DNA of 64,000 bases from Leptonemataceae bacterium (GTDB taxonomy: Bacteria; Spirochaetota; Leptospiria; Leptospirales; Leptonemataceae): the NCBI GenBank assembly GCA_965227295.1, contig OZ245742.1, forward strand, positions 5,408,001 to 5,472,000, in the 5' to 3' direction. Positions 1-10,468 of this stretch are shown here, piece after piece. Numbering within the stretch: position 1 is the stretch's first letter; each line of letters opens with the position of its first letter. Under the pieces are notes generated by a model, which had not been told where the DNA came from, did not search any database, and saw only the letters and a list, made by a program, of their open reading frames with translations. A program made the position numbers and the translations under genes.

Positions 1-408
1 AACCGCCCCGCGATTCTCCTCGGCGGCCCGGACGACCGCCCCATGGCCGATGAAATCCTGGCTTCGCTACAAACTTCTGCTCGCGAGAAGTTACTGGACG
101 CCGTGGGCCGCACGGACCTGGGAACCTCGGCCGCCCTGCTCGAACACGGCGACGTCGTGCTCAGTCACGATACGGGGCTCATGCACATCGCCGCGGCGCT
201 ACAGAAAAAAACGGTCACGCTCTGGGGCAACACCATCCCCGGCTTCGGCATGACGCCTTATCGCGCGCCGCACCGCATTCTGGAAGTCAACGGCCTCGGC
301 TGCCGGCCGTGCAGCAAGATCGGCTACGACCGCTGTCCGCAAGGACACTTTCGGTGCATGCGCGAGATTACGCCGGAGATGGTGGCTACAGCCCTCGAGA
401 CGATCTGA
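1..408 (+). CDS. Glycosyltransferase family 9 (heptosyltransferase-like), 5' end outside window
   Basis: Frame open from base 1 ([12 protein letters not shown]...); GT9 C-terminal motifs [35 protein letters not shown]. Confidence 0.85.
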   Translation, partial: NRPAILLGGPDDRPMADEILASLQTSAREKLLDAVGRTDLGTSAALLEHGDVVLSHDTGLMHIAAALQKKTVTLWGNTIPGFGMTPYRAPHRILEVNGLGCRPCSKIGYDRCPQGHFRCMREITPEMVATALETI

Positions 409-1504
409 ACACGATCTTATCGTAACCGATGAAGTTCAGCACGATGGCCACGGCGATGCCGATCAGCTTGGCCAGCACGTACCACATGCCCGCCGTGGTC
501 AGCACGTAAAACAACACGAGCCGCGCCGCGAAGGAGAGGCCGGTGACCACGTTGAACAGCAGCAGCTTCCCGACCCACTCACCCGGGCTCCGAAATTTGT
601 AGCGCCAGGTGATGGCCGAGTGCAGTAAGAAACCGGTGATGATGGACACCTCGATCGAGATGGCGTTCGCAATGTTTTCAATGACGGGGTTACCGGTGAA
701 GCCGAGCAGTTCCACGAGCAGAATCATGGACACCAGCTCCGAGGCCGCCACGAGCAGACCATTCACGCCGTACTTCACGAGCCGCGCGAAACCGGACGAG
801 TTGTACTTGAAGATGCACCAGAAGGCGCGAATCGCATCCTTCCAGCCGATCTTTTTGCCTTCTTCGTAGGTGCGCCCGTAGTAAGAAATACCTACTTCGT
901 AGATGCGCACGCGCAGTTGCGGGTCCCGCGCCTGCCCGGCGATCTTCGCCGTAATTTCCGGCTCGAAGCCGAAGCGATTTTCCTCCACCTGCACGCGTTT
1001 GATCACGTCGCGCTTGAAGACCTTATAACATGTTTCCATATCAGTAAGATTGAGATCGGAAAACATGTTGCTCAAGAGCGTGAGGAACTGGTTGGCCAGC
1101 ATGTGCCAGAAGTACAGAATGCGATGCGGCTCCCCGCCCATGAAGCGCGAGCCGTAGACGACGTCCGCCTTGTCTTCGAGGATCGGCGTCAACAATTTCG
1201 GGTATTCGTTGGGATCATACTCCAGGTCCGCGTCCTGGATGAGGACCAGATCCCCGTCGGCGTGCTCGAAACCGGTTCGCAGAGCGGCGCCTTTGCCCTG
1301 GTTGACATCGTGCAGAATGATCCGGCGGCCCGGCCCTTCCAATTCCCGGAGGATGTCGCGCGTGCCGTCCCGGGAACCGTCATCTACGAGGACGATTTCC
1401 TTTGCGGTGATCCCCTTCGGCAGCGGTGCCTTCTCGACGACGTCGAGAATGGTACGCAACGTGGCCTGCTCGTTGTAAACAGGCATGACTATGGATAACT
1501 TCAT
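386..1504 (-). CDS. Glycosyltransferase family 2 (DPM1-like) fused to C-terminal GtrA-like membrane domain
   Basis: [42 protein letters not shown]; four hydrophobic C-terminal helices. Confidence 0.9.
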   Translation of the reverse strand: MKLSIVMPVYNEQATLRTILDVVEKAPLPKGITAKEIVLVDDGSRDGTRDILRELEGPGRRIILHDVNQGKGAALRTGFEHADGDLVLIQDADLEYDPNEYPKLLTPILEDKADVVYGSRFMGGEPHRILYFWHMLANQFLTLLSNMFSDLNLTDMETCYKVFKRDVIKRVQVEENRFGFEPEITAKIAGQARDPQLRVRIYEVGISYYGRTYEEGKKIGWKDAIRAFWCIFKYNSSGFARLVKYGVNGLLVAASELVSMILLVELLGFTGNPVIENIANAISIEVSIITGFLLHSAITWRYKFRSPGEWVGKLLLFNVVTGLSFAARLVLFYVLTTAGMWYVLAKLIGIAVAIVLNFIGYDKIVFRSSRGL

Positions 1505-1661
1505 GCGACGTTCAACATTTTTGTTAACAGTTTACCGAACAACTAAAAAAGATTTGTCCGCCATCCCGGCGTGGTGAAGCTTGCAGACGTCGCCGCGCGG
1601 GAACGCGCCTGGCGCTTGCAGCGATTCTCTATATCACAAACTTTTTAAGATGTCCCGGCCG

Positions 1662-1976
1662 ATGAAACGTTACGCCCGAATTACGAAAAAAATCCATCCC
1701 ATACTCGGCACCGCCCTGCTGGCCGTGGCCCTGAGCGGCGCCGGTTGCAAAAACGTCGTGGAGGAGAAGTGCTTCCAGGTCTGCGACATGTTCGCCGAAT
1801 GCACGGCAAAGATCCAGAAGATGCCGGTGAGCGGCCCCCTGCGCGGCAAGCTGGTGGAAGATTGCATGACTCCCTGCACCAATTATCACCACGAAATGCT
1901 GGGCTGTTACGAGGAGTTCGAAGGCTCCTGTGAAAAAATGGCGCTGTGTATCACAAACAGTGGGGTGCTATTTTGA
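1662..1976 (+). CDS. Small Cys-rich lipoprotein (Leptospira-type 8-Cys protein)
   Basis: Basic N-terminus, hydrophobic stretch, lipobox-like GAG-C, then 8 further Cys including CxxxC pairs; stop overlaps the next start (TTGA). Confidence 0.7.
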   Translation: MKRYARITKKIHPILGTALLAVALSGAGCKNVVEEKCFQVCDMFAECTAKIQKMPVSGPLRGKLVEDCMTPCTNYHHEMLGCYEEFEGSCEKMALCITNSGVLF

Positions 1977-3811
1977 CCGCCGGCCGTCCCGTCTTACTCT
2001 ACATCGCCCTTGGCCTGAGCGCCCTGGCCCTGGCGAGCACCCTGCCCTTCGATCCGCTGGACATCGACAGTTCTTCGTACGCGTTGATCGCAAGGGAGAT
2101 GATCGAAGAATCCCGCACCGATGACGACGAGGGCTGTGTCATCGATTCCGCCGTGAGCGCGAGCGGCGAGTGCGCCTGGTGGGAATCCTACGTCTTCCTG
2201 CGCCAGGGCGGACGCCGCTACTTCGATAAGCCCATCCTCACGTTCTGGACCGTGGCCGCGTCGTTCTCCGTCTTCGGCTTCTCGAACTGGGCCTACCGCC
2301 TGCCGGCCTTACTCATCACACTCATCTCCGTTTATTCCATCTTTCGCATCACGGTGCTCATCAGCGGCGATCGGCGGCGCGGGCTCATCGCGGCGCTGCT
2401 CTACGCCACGGCCCCCGGCGTCTTCGCGATGCTGCTGGATACGAAAATCGACGTCTATCTCAACGCGTATCTCATCTTCCTGCATCACGCCTACTACCTG
2501 GGCGTCAAAGAAAACCGGCGCTGGTATTTGCTCATGTACCTCTTCGCCGGCCTGGGCTTCATCACGAAAGGTCCCATCGCCGTGGCGATTCCGTGCATCT
2601 CCATCGGCCTGGACATCCTGGTACGCCGGGACTGGCAGCGCCTGGGATCCATGTACCTCGTCCCGGGAATTCTGATCGCTCTTATTCCGCCGGCGGTCTG
2701 GACCTTCTTCCTGTACCTCGAGTACGAGAGCTACGGACCGTACTACTTCCTGTGGCTGCAATCGTTTGGAAGATTCATCAGCAAAGCCAACTACAGCTGG
2801 TCCAAGAAGTACGATCCCCTGTTCTTCTTAAGTAACTTTGCCTGGGCCTTTGCGCCGTTCCTGCTCGCGTTGTTTTATCATGTCATCCGCGAGATTGCGG
2901 CGTTCTTTCGTCGCGGCGAGTACCGAACCCTGCTCTCCGATCTGCGCGGCAATCGTTACAAGGACCGGGACTTCACCTTGCCGTTCTGGTTGTTCGTCTT
3001 CATGGCGGGCATCAGCTTCTCGCGCTTCCAGTTGCCTCAGTACGTCTACTGGGTGTTGCCCGCCGCCGCGATCCTCACCTCCGGCGTCCTCGCACGCTAT
3101 CTTTACGGAGCCTATGCCCGCGCCCCGGAAGCGCCGGCGGCCAGCATGGTCGCGGCGGTTACCGGTACCGGGCGAGCCGAGGAACGCCAGGCACCGAAGC
3201 TGTTTCGCTACTTGTTGTACGTCGTGCCCGTGTTGATCGCAATTGTGTTGATCGCCGCCGCGTTTGTCACGTTTACGCCCGGCGTCTTGTACTTCGTGAT
3301 ACTCGTCGGCGGGGCGGTCTTCGCCTGGAACCTGCGTCGCGAACCGGGTACCGGCGTGGCCGTAACCATCGCGGCGATCCTCGCCGCTTACTTCGTCGCG
3401 ACGGCCTACATCTATCCCGACATGATTCGTTATCAGCCCGGGTCGCGCATGGGTCCCATCTTACAAAAGCTGGAACCGGAAGAAGACAACATCTACACCT
3501 ATCGTCTGTCGTTTTCTTACAAGAGCATCCCGCTCTACTCGTACAAACGATACCGGGTCCTCTACGATAAAGACAAACTGCGGCAGGAACTGCGTGAAAA
3601 AGGCTCCCGCCTCGTGGCGACTCACGAACGTTTCTATCCGGAACTGCAGTTATTCCTGAGCGATTGCTGCGAGGTGGAACTGGTGGAAAACTTCGAATGG
3701 TATAAGGTATCCATGCCGAAACCGAGGTTCTTCATTCGTTCGGAACGTCCCGAACTGACGCAAGGCCAGGGCATCATCGTCGCAAAAATGACGTTGAAAG
3801 ATTCCGAATAA
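1973..3811 (+). CDS. ArnT/PMT-like membrane glycosyltransferase (GT-C)
   Basis: D..YA.IAREM, YFDKP.L.FW, WAYRLP, GFITKGP, LPQYV motifs; many TM helices; TTG start overlapping upstream stop (ORF extends to 1946). Confidence 0.85.
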   Translation: MTAGRPVLLYIALGLSALALASTLPFDPLDIDSSSYALIAREMIEESRTDDDEGCVIDSAVSASGECAWWESYVFLRQGGRRYFDKPILTFWTVAASFSVFGFSNWAYRLPALLITLISVYSIFRITVLISGDRRRGLIAALLYATAPGVFAMLLDTKIDVYLNAYLIFLHHAYYLGVKENRRWYLLMYLFAGLGFITKGPIAVAIPCISIGLDILVRRDWQRLGSMYLVPGILIALIPPAVWTFFLYLEYESYGPYYFLWLQSFGRFISKANYSWSKKYDPLFFLSNFAWAFAPFLLALFYHVIREIAAFFRRGEYRTLLSDLRGNRYKDRDFTLPFWLFVFMAGISFSRFQLPQYVYWVLPAAAILTSGVLARYLYGAYARAPEAPAASMVAAVTGTGRAEERQAPKLFRYLLYVVPVLIAIVLIAAAFVTFTPGVLYFVILVGGAVFAWNLRREPGTGVAVTIAAILAAYFVATAYIYPDMIRYQPGSRMGPILQKLEPEEDNIYTYRLSFSYKSIPLYSYKRYRVLYDKDKLRQELREKGSRLVATHERFYPELQLFLSDCCEVELVENFEWYKVSMPKPRFFIRSERPELTQGQGIIVAKMTLKDSE

Positions 3812-3829
3812 AGTTTACGATCTGGCCCG

Positions 3830-5752
3830 ATGAGGCCGTCGACCCGCGCAGCACAGCCGCAACAACGATACGCAATTGCACGAATCGCACGATCTCTGTG
3901 CGTCGGCGTCATCGTATTCTCCGCCGGCATTCTGCTTACCGGCGCAACGCACGCCGAACCATTGCAGGTGTCTTCCGACGCCGGCAACCTGGCCATCGGC
4001 CGTCACGTCGACTATCTCGAGGATCCGAACGGTGAGTACAACCTGGCCGACGTGCAAACGCCGCCGCTCTCGGAACAATTCAAGCGGTCCACGGAAGAAC
4101 GCATCAACTTCAGCTACACCCCGTCGACCTACTGGTTCCGCCTGCAGCTCACTACCGATGCAAGCCGCGAACTCCCGGTGCTCCTGGAACTCGTCTCGCT
4201 GATCGACGACGTCCGCATCTACGTCCCGGACGCGGACGGCGAATACCTGGAGCGACGCTACGGCCGCTGGCGTCCCCTCGAAGAACGGGACCTCAAGCAT
4301 CGCAACTTTCTGTTTCGATTCACGCTGCCGCCGAACGAGATCCGTACGATCTACATGCGTTTTCAGAGCGAGGGCGCCCTGCTCTTACCGCTGACCCTCT
4401 GGACCGTGGAAAGCTTTGCCGCGAAAGATCACGAGGAACAAATCGTCTTCGGCCTCTACTTCGGCGTCCTGCTGGTGATGGTCCTTTACAACTCGTTCCT
4501 GTTCGTGTGGCTCCGGGACACGGGATACTTCTACTATGTCGCCTACATCCTGAGCTTCGGCCTCATTCTCAGCGGGGTCTGGGGCTTCAGCCACGAGTAC
4601 GTCTTTTCCTGGAACATGTGGCTTGCGAACCGCAGCATTCCCATATTCATCGGTACGTCTTCGTTCTTCGCGCTGCAATTCACGCGTAAGTTTCTCGAAA
4701 CGAAAACCAGGCATCCGCGGTTGCATATCGTCATCCTCATCATCGCCGGCCTCGCCGCCGCGCAAACGATCTACGCCATCTTCGGGAACTACGGCCTCGC
4801 CGTCCGCGCCGGCACTTACATTGCACTCGGCGCCTGCCTCATGCTGTTCGCGGCTCCCGTCATCAGTCTCATCTCCGGCAACCGCGCGGCGCGCTACTTT
4901 CTACTCGCCTTCATCGCTCTCATAGTCGGTGTGGTGGTGATCCTGCTGCGCAACCTGGGCGTGTTGCCGTACAATTTTCTCACGAACTACTCGAGCCTCA
5001 TCGGATCGGCCATGGAAGTGGTACTGCTTTCCCTGGCGCTGGGAGATCGTTTTAATTTGATTCGCGCGGAAAAAGAACGCATTCAGTTGGAATCGCTGCA
5101 AAAAGAACGACGATTGAACGAGGCCTTCGCGCGTTTTGTGCCCACCACGTTTCTGGAGTTGCTGGAAAAACAGGGCATCGTCGACGTGCAACCGGGCGAT
5201 GCGGTCCGGCGCGATCTGGCCATCCTCTTCGCGGACATTCGTTCGTTTACGGATCTTTCCGAAAACATGTCCGCCGAGGATAACTTTCACTTCATCAACG
5301 CTTACCTGCGCCGCATGAATCCCGTCATCCGCGAGCACGGCGGCTTCATCGACAAATACATCGGCGACGCGGTGATGGCTCTGTTTCCCGGTTCGGCGGC
5401 GGGAGCGCTGCGCGCCGGCCTGGCCATGCGGCAAGCGCTGAACGAGTACAATGTGGAGCGGAGTTCGAAGGGCATGCAGGAAATCGACATCGGCATCGGC
5501 ATTCACTACGGCTCCACAATGCTCGGTACCGTCGGCGATGCGAAACGCATGGACGGCACGGTCATCTCGGACGCGGTGAACGTGGCTTCGCGCCTGGAAG
5601 GACTGACCAAGAAGTTCGCCACACCCATCATCGTCAGTGAGGCCGTGCTGAAAGAAAGCGGATTGCGGGACGAAATCCGGCATCGTTTCCTGGGCGAGGT
5701 GGAGATCCGCGGCAAAAAAGAGCGCACGGCCATCTATACCATCGACGCATGA
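3830..5752 (+). CDS. 7TM-DISM receptor adenylate/guanylate cyclase
   Basis: Signal peptide, DISMED2-like ectodomain (YWFRL), 7TM region (LYNSFLF, LSLALGDR), class III cyclase motifs LFADIRSFT, IDKYIGDAVMA, DAVNVASRLEGLTK. Confidence 0.92.
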   Translation: MRPSTRAAQPQQRYAIARIARSLCVGVIVFSAGILLTGATHAEPLQVSSDAGNLAIGRHVDYLEDPNGEYNLADVQTPPLSEQFKRSTEERINFSYTPSTYWFRLQLTTDASRELPVLLELVSLIDDVRIYVPDADGEYLERRYGRWRPLEERDLKHRNFLFRFTLPPNEIRTIYMRFQSEGALLLPLTLWTVESFAAKDHEEQIVFGLYFGVLLVMVLYNSFLFVWLRDTGYFYYVAYILSFGLILSGVWGFSHEYVFSWNMWLANRSIPIFIGTSSFFALQFTRKFLETKTRHPRLHIVILIIAGLAAAQTIYAIFGNYGLAVRAGTYIALGACLMLFAAPVISLISGNRAARYFLLAFIALIVGVVVILLRNLGVLPYNFLTNYSSLIGSAMEVVLLSLALGDRFNLIRAEKERIQLESLQKERRLNEAFARFVPTTFLELLEKQGIVDVQPGDAVRRDLAILFADIRSFTDLSENMSAEDNFHFINAYLRRMNPVIREHGGFIDKYIGDAVMALFPGSAAGALRAGLAMRQALNEYNVERSSKGMQEIDIGIGIHYGSTMLGTVGDAKRMDGTVISDAVNVASRLEGLTKKFATPIIVSEAVLKESGLRDEIRHRFLGEVEIRGKKERTAIYTIDA

Positions 5753-5762
5753 GCTGGTACGT

Positions 5763-5792
5763 AAAAAAGGCCCCGCTCGAATGAACGGGGCC
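5763..5792 (-). terminator. Intrinsic terminator after flaB
   Basis: Minus strand GGCCCCGTTC-ATTC-GAGCGGGGCC followed by TTTTTT. Confidence 0.75.
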
Positions 5793-5837
5793 TGGAAAGA
5801 AGGGAACGTCTCGGGTTTATCCCGAGCGCCGCTCCGA

Positions 5838-6683
5838 TTAACGGAGCAACTGCAGCACGGACTGCGGACGGAGGTTCGCCTGAGCGAGCATGGCCGTTCC
5901 GGATTGAACCAGAATCTGGTTCTTCGTAAAGGCCACGGATTCCTCCGCCATGTCCGTGTCACGGATGCGGGACTCGGACGCCTGCAAGTTTTCGTAGGCG
6001 ACCATCAGCCCCTGAGCGGCGTGTTCCAGACGATTGTAATAAGCGCCGAGATCAGCGCGCTGCTTGTTCACCCGATGCAGCGCTGCGTCCAGGACACCTA
6101 TCGCGTCATTCGCGAACTCCATGGTCGAAAGGGTGAGTAAGGTACCGTCATTGCGCGTCAAGTTCAGCGCCTGGGAAGTCATCGTGCCGATGTAGACACG
6201 CTCCCGCTGGTGCTGGTTGGCGCCCATGTGGAACCACATTGAAGACACACGCGATCCGCGTGCGAAATCGCCCTGCAGAAGATTCATTTTGTTGAACTCG
6301 GCCTGCGAAGCGATACGATCGACTTCGTCGATCAGCTGCGAGACCTCGACCTGAATCATCTGCCGGTCGTTAGCGGTATAGATGCCGTTAGAAGATTGTA
6401 CGGCGAGGACCCGAATTCTCTGAAGAATATCGGTGACTTCCCCGAGATAACCTTCCGTGGTTTGAATCATGGACATACCGTCTTCGGTATTCCGTTCTGC
6501 CTGACGCAAACCGCGGATTTGTGACCGCATTTTCTCGGAAACCGCGAGACCGGAAGCGTCATCTCCCGCGCGGTTGATCCGCATACCGGAAGACAGCTTC
6601 TCCATGTTTTTATTCACGTCGACGTGCTGAAACTTCAGGACGCGGTGCGAGTTGATCGCAGAGAGGTTATGGTTAATAATCAT
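5838..6683 (-). CDS. flaB: Periplasmic flagellar filament core protein FlaB
   Basis: [54 protein letters not shown]; 281 aa, spirochaete type. Confidence 0.97.
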   Translation of the reverse strand: MIINHNLSAINSHRVLKFQHVDVNKNMEKLSSGMRINRAGDDASGLAVSEKMRSQIRGLRQAERNTEDGMSMIQTTEGYLGEVTDILQRIRVLAVQSSNGIYTANDRQMIQVEVSQLIDEVDRIASQAEFNKMNLLQGDFARGSRVSSMWFHMGANQHQRERVYIGTMTSQALNLTRNDGTLLTLSTMEFANDAIGVLDAALHRVNKQRADLGAYYNRLEHAAQGLMVAYENLQASESRIRDTDMAEESVAFTKNQILVQSGTAMLAQANLRPQSVLQLLR

Positions 6684-6685
6684 TT

Positions 6686-6754
6686 AGTTTCCTCCGTGAA
6701 ACTGAACTCGTACCCGGGACTTTAAAATTACGCGCTCACCCCTCCCTGGGTAAG
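6686..6754 (-). promoter_or_regulatory. Two CsrA-type GGA-loop hairpins in the flaB leader
   Basis: Minus strand CTTACCC-AGGGAG-GGGTGAG and AGTTTC-ACGGAG-GAAACT; the second overlaps the Shine-Dalgarno. Confidence 0.6.
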
Positions 6755-6806
6755 ACACGCTGCCCGGTCCGCGGACCCTGGCGGTTCCGCGACTGCTACG
6801 GTTACA

Positions 6807-6834
6807 TCATCGTGGATTGGGCGGGCGAAGATTA
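6807..6834 (-). promoter_or_regulatory. Possible sigma-28 promoter of flaB
   Basis: Minus strand TAAT-N16-CACGATGA, imperfect match to TAAA-N15/16-GCCGATAA. Confidence 0.35.
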
Positions 6835-6981
6835 GGGGTGCGGTCGCAATTTTGGAAAAATCGCTCCGTTTTTGGGAAAACCCGGATTGTCCCGGGGAAT
6901 TACGTTTTTTTTCGCGGCCCGGAAAAAAGTTCCGCGAAAGTCTAAAGGTCAGTAACTTACACTGAAATAAAGTTAGGGGCG

Positions 6982-7575
6982 CTAAAGACTGCGGAACTGC
7001 GTGAGGGGGTCGAGGATGTGAGTGATCTGAACGCCGAAGTACTCTTCCAGGACGATAAGCCGCCCCCGCCCGAAGAGCCGATCGTTGATCAGAATATCCA
7101 CCTCGTCGCCGACCTGTTTGTCCAGTTCCACGATGGAACCCTCGCCGAGCATCAGAACGTCCTTAATGTACATCTGGGTGCGGCCGAGTTCCACGGTGAA
7201 CCGCAGAGTCACGTCCATCAGGAGCTCGACGTTTTCGGAGCGCTCGCCGCCGCCGCGTCGGCCGGAGGATGCCGGACGACCGCCGCCCCCACCACCGCCG
7301 CCTGCCGGGGGTCCGCCGCCCACGGCGCCGGCCAGGGCGTTCAGCGCCTCCTGGTCCAGGCCCATGCCTCCGGCATCACCGCCGGTATCGCCGGCCCCGC
7401 CGCCGAGCAGGGAGTCGAGGTTCAGATCGTCGCCGCCGCCATCTCCTCCACCTCCGCCGCCAAGAAGGTCACCGAGACCACCGTCATCGCCGCCGGCGTC
7501 TCCGCCGCCGCCGTCGCCCATATTCAGGAGGGCGTCAATCTCGTCCTGGGATAAGCTGCCGCTGTCGTCCGCCAT
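6982..7575 (-). CDS. fliN: FliN-family flagellar switch protein with N-terminal LSQDEIDALL peptide and Gly-rich linker
   Basis: C-terminal SpoA domain (LLMDVTLRFTVELGRT...GSIVELDK..G..VDILIN...FGVQIT). Confidence 0.85.
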   Translation of the reverse strand: MADDSGSLSQDEIDALLNMGDGGGGDAGGDDGGLGDLLGGGGGGDGGGDDLNLDSLLGGGAGDTGGDAGGMGLDQEALNALAGAVGGGPPAGGGGGGGGRPASSGRRGGGERSENVELLMDVTLRFTVELGRTQMYIKDVLMLGEGSIVELDKQVGDEVDILINDRLFGRGRLIVLEEYFGVQITHILDPLTQFRSL

Positions 7576-7628
7576 ATCTTTCTGATTATCGACCCGGAGC
7601 GAGAAAGTCGATACTAAAGAAGAGTCTC

Positions 7629-9065
7629 ATGCGCCCCACCGAAATCCTACAGCGACTCCTCGAACGCGCACGTACAATTCCCGCCTGGATCGAAAAAAAA
7701 CTCTCCAGGTGGCGCCGCTATCCGGCCCGCGTGCACTATTTCTTCCGCCGCAGACTACCGGCCTATTTCCGCGTCCCGCCCGAGACGATCCTGCACGCGG
7801 CCGATCTGCCCATCGAGTTTCACGACGCCATTCCCCTCATCGAGCGTCCGGGCTATCGGCTACGCCTGCGATTTCTCGTGCGCAGCATTCCGGTCCGCTC
7901 GACGGTGGAACACGGCGATCCCCGCTCCGTACGCTGGGTTTTCCGACTGGATTCTCACGGTCCCCTGACCGCCGTCATCCTGCGATTCTTTCGCACGGCC
8001 ATCCGGCGGCGCCTCGAAGCGGTGAGCCGTCGCATCTTGCTCTATGCCTGGGCCGGGCTGAGCGACGCGGACAACGACGCGCATGATCTGACGGCCGCGG
8101 AGTACATCAGCGGTTCCGCCCTCCGGCGGCGCTACGCGGTCCTCGACCCGCGGCGATTTCCACTCCCCCTTGCGATTCCCGATCGCTGGTTCAGTGGGCG
8201 GGCCGTATTTCCCGGCCTCATTCCGAATCACGTGGCCGCACGAGAACATCGGCTGCACGACCGCCGGGCTCGCCGCGTACTGGTACTCCCCTTCTACACG
8301 ACTGCGGAGCAGTTGGAAACGATCCTGCCGCCGCCCTTTCTGCTGCGGGATCCGCGACGCGGGCGCCAGCGACAACGGCTCATCCTCCGGGTCTATCTGG
8401 ACGGCGGGGACGTCACGGAACAGGGCAGCAGCGTCGCACCCGGCCACGAACGCTGGATCTACTTCGAGCTCCTGGCCCCGGTGCGCATCGAGGGCGATCA
8501 CCTGCGCGGCCGCGGCTGGATGCCGGTGGTCGCCGGCCGGGTCCCCGTGGATCGCCCACGGCTCCCGTACGATCCCTGCACCGCCAGCTATCGCATCGTC
8601 CGGAACGGTTTTCATTTTTGCATCGGCGACCGCCGGCGACGCGTCGTGGCCGAGGCGCTGTACTACCCTCGCCGCGGCCTGAAGAAGGGCGATCGTCAGG
8701 CGGTGGGCGCAGGAGTTCCTACCCGCATCTTTCTGTACGATCCATTCACTCTGAGAATCGCAGTGATCGAAGAATTCTGGGACACACCGGTCAATCGCCA
8801 GTATGCCGTAGAGAACGCCCGGCGTAAGAGTTCCTACAGTGCGGACGCCGACAGATTTCCCCCGCCGATGGCCGATTATCTGGCCGGGAAACTGGGCATT
8901 CCGTTGCGGCCCGGGCGGTGGGGCTGGTTCCTTTCCTATGCAAATGTAGGAACTCTTACAAAAGCGCGCATCGACCCCCTGGACTGCCACTACCGCCACC
9001 TCGAACCCGAGGCGCCGGAGCTGGCAGACTTCGCTCAGAATCGAGGTGACAGGGCCGCGCCCTGA
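7629..9065 (+). CDS. Hypothetical protein (weak acetoacetate-decarboxylase-like segment)
   Basis: Long ORF filling the gap between fliN and the ABC1 kinase; start chosen at first ATG clear of fliN; QLETILPPPF segment. Confidence 0.55.
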   Translation: MRPTEILQRLLERARTIPAWIEKKLSRWRRYPARVHYFFRRRLPAYFRVPPETILHAADLPIEFHDAIPLIERPGYRLRLRFLVRSIPVRSTVEHGDPRSVRWVFRLDSHGPLTAVILRFFRTAIRRRLEAVSRRILLYAWAGLSDADNDAHDLTAAEYISGSALRRRYAVLDPRRFPLPLAIPDRWFSGRAVFPGLIPNHVAAREHRLHDRRARRVLVLPFYTTAEQLETILPPPFLLRDPRRGRQRQRLILRVYLDGGDVTEQGSSVAPGHERWIYFELLAPVRIEGDHLRGRGWMPVVAGRVPVDRPRLPYDPCTASYRIVRNGFHFCIGDRRRRVVAEALYYPRRGLKKGDRQAVGAGVPTRIFLYDPFTLRIAVIEEFWDTPVNRQYAVENARRKSSYSADADRFPPPMADYLAGKLGIPLRPGRWGWFLSYANVGTLTKARIDPLDCHYRHLEPEAPELADFAQNRGDRAAP

Positions 9066-9116
9066 AAAAGTCTGGTCCCGCAGGTTCCGACGGCGGTTGG
9101 TGCCGGGAGGAATGCG

Positions 9117-10424
9117 ATGGCCGGACTCTTCGAAAACATCGAGAGCGCCGTTAAGGGCGCCATCCGCGTGGGCCAGACCACCGGCACGCTGGCGCGCACC
9201 GGTCTCGGCTGGCTCATGGGCGACCGTCCTCCGGTGCCGGCCTTACTCCGCCGCACCTTCGAAGAACTCGGTGCCACCTACATCAAGCTCGGCCAGTTCA
9301 TTGCCAGCAGCCCGTCCCTCTTTCCGGCGGAGTACGTCGAGGAATTCCAGAAGTGCCTGGATCAAACGGAGCCCCTGCCTTACAGCACCATCCGCGGCAT
9401 TCTGAAAAAAGAACTCGGGGATATCGACACCATCTTCGAGCACATTGAAGAAAGGCCTCTCGCGTCCGCGTCCATCGCCCAGGTGCACGCCGCGCGCCTG
9501 AAAACCGGCCAGGACGTCGTCCTGAAAGTACAAAAACCCGGCGTCTCGGATGTTCTGCTTACGGACCTTAACTTTCTCTACGTGCAGGCTAAGGTTCTCG
9601 AATTCTTCGCCCCGGGATTCGCGCGCACGTCACTCTCCGCCATCATCACCGACATCCAGAAGACCATGCTGGAAGAGTGCGACTTCCTGAACGAGGCGCG
9701 GAACATCAAGGCCTTCCAGGAATTTCTCGACCGCACCGGCATCACCGAGGCCGTGGCGCCGCGGGTCTACGAACAGTACACCACCCTGCGCGTGCTTACC
9801 ATGGAACGTTTCTACGGCGTCTCGCTCACGGACCTGGAAAGCATCCGCAAGTATACGAAACATCCGGAACGCACTCTGATCGCCGCGTTGAACACCTGGT
9901 TCGCCAGTCTCATGGACGGAGAATCCTTTCACGCGGACGTGCACGCCGGCAACCTCATGGTCCTGGAAGACGGCCGCGTGGGCTTCATCGACTTCGGCAT
10001 CGTCGGCCGCATTCGCAAAGAAACCTGGCTCGCCATGAATTCTCTGATGTCCGCCATGGGCACCGAAGACTACCGGCTTATGGCGGAGTCCCTGGTCGGC
10101 ATCGGCGCCACGGATGAAGAAGTGGACGTCGATCGCTTCGCGGCCGATTTAGGCGAGCTCTTCGAACGCCTGGAGAGCGCGAACCTGGGCCTGCCCGAGC
10201 CTGGCGCGCCGGAGTATACCCTGCCCGATCCTTCCGAGGTCAACGAACAGGAAATCAACCGCCTCATGATCGAGATGGTGGGAATCGGCGAGCGTCACGG
10301 CATTCGCTTTCCCCGGGAGTTCGCGTTGCTCATGAAGCAGTTCCTGTACTTCGATCGTTACATTCGCATTCTGGCTCCGGACATGAACATGTTCGAGGAT
10401 TCTCGCCTCAAGCGATTGAACTAA
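9117..10424 (+). CDS. ABC1/AarF/UbiB family atypical kinase
   Basis: LGATYIKLGQ, PLASASIAQVH, VLKVQKPG, FHADVHAGN, FIDFGIVG. Confidence 0.93.
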   Translation: MAGLFENIESAVKGAIRVGQTTGTLARTGLGWLMGDRPPVPALLRRTFEELGATYIKLGQFIASSPSLFPAEYVEEFQKCLDQTEPLPYSTIRGILKKELGDIDTIFEHIEERPLASASIAQVHAARLKTGQDVVLKVQKPGVSDVLLTDLNFLYVQAKVLEFFAPGFARTSLSAIITDIQKTMLEECDFLNEARNIKAFQEFLDRTGITEAVAPRVYEQYTTLRVLTMERFYGVSLTDLESIRKYTKHPERTLIAALNTWFASLMDGESFHADVHAGNLMVLEDGRVGFIDFGIVGRIRKETWLAMNSLMSAMGTEDYRLMAESLVGIGATDEEVDVDRFAADLGELFERLESANLGLPEPGAPEYTLPDPSEVNEQEINRLMIEMVGIGERHGIRFPREFALLMKQFLYFDRYIRILAPDMNMFEDSRLKRLN

Positions 10425-10468
10425 CGGCGACAAAAAGCCGGTGCGACCGTTCCCCGTTCCCGAGTCGG

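Noticed and set aside
7240..7520. GCC-rich repeats as a possible tandem repeat locus
   Set aside because: Explained by the Gly-rich linker of FliN
7269..7628. N-terminal extension of the 598-aa ORF
   Set aside because: Overlaps fliN antisense and is Arg-rich noise from GCC runs; ATG 7629 preferred
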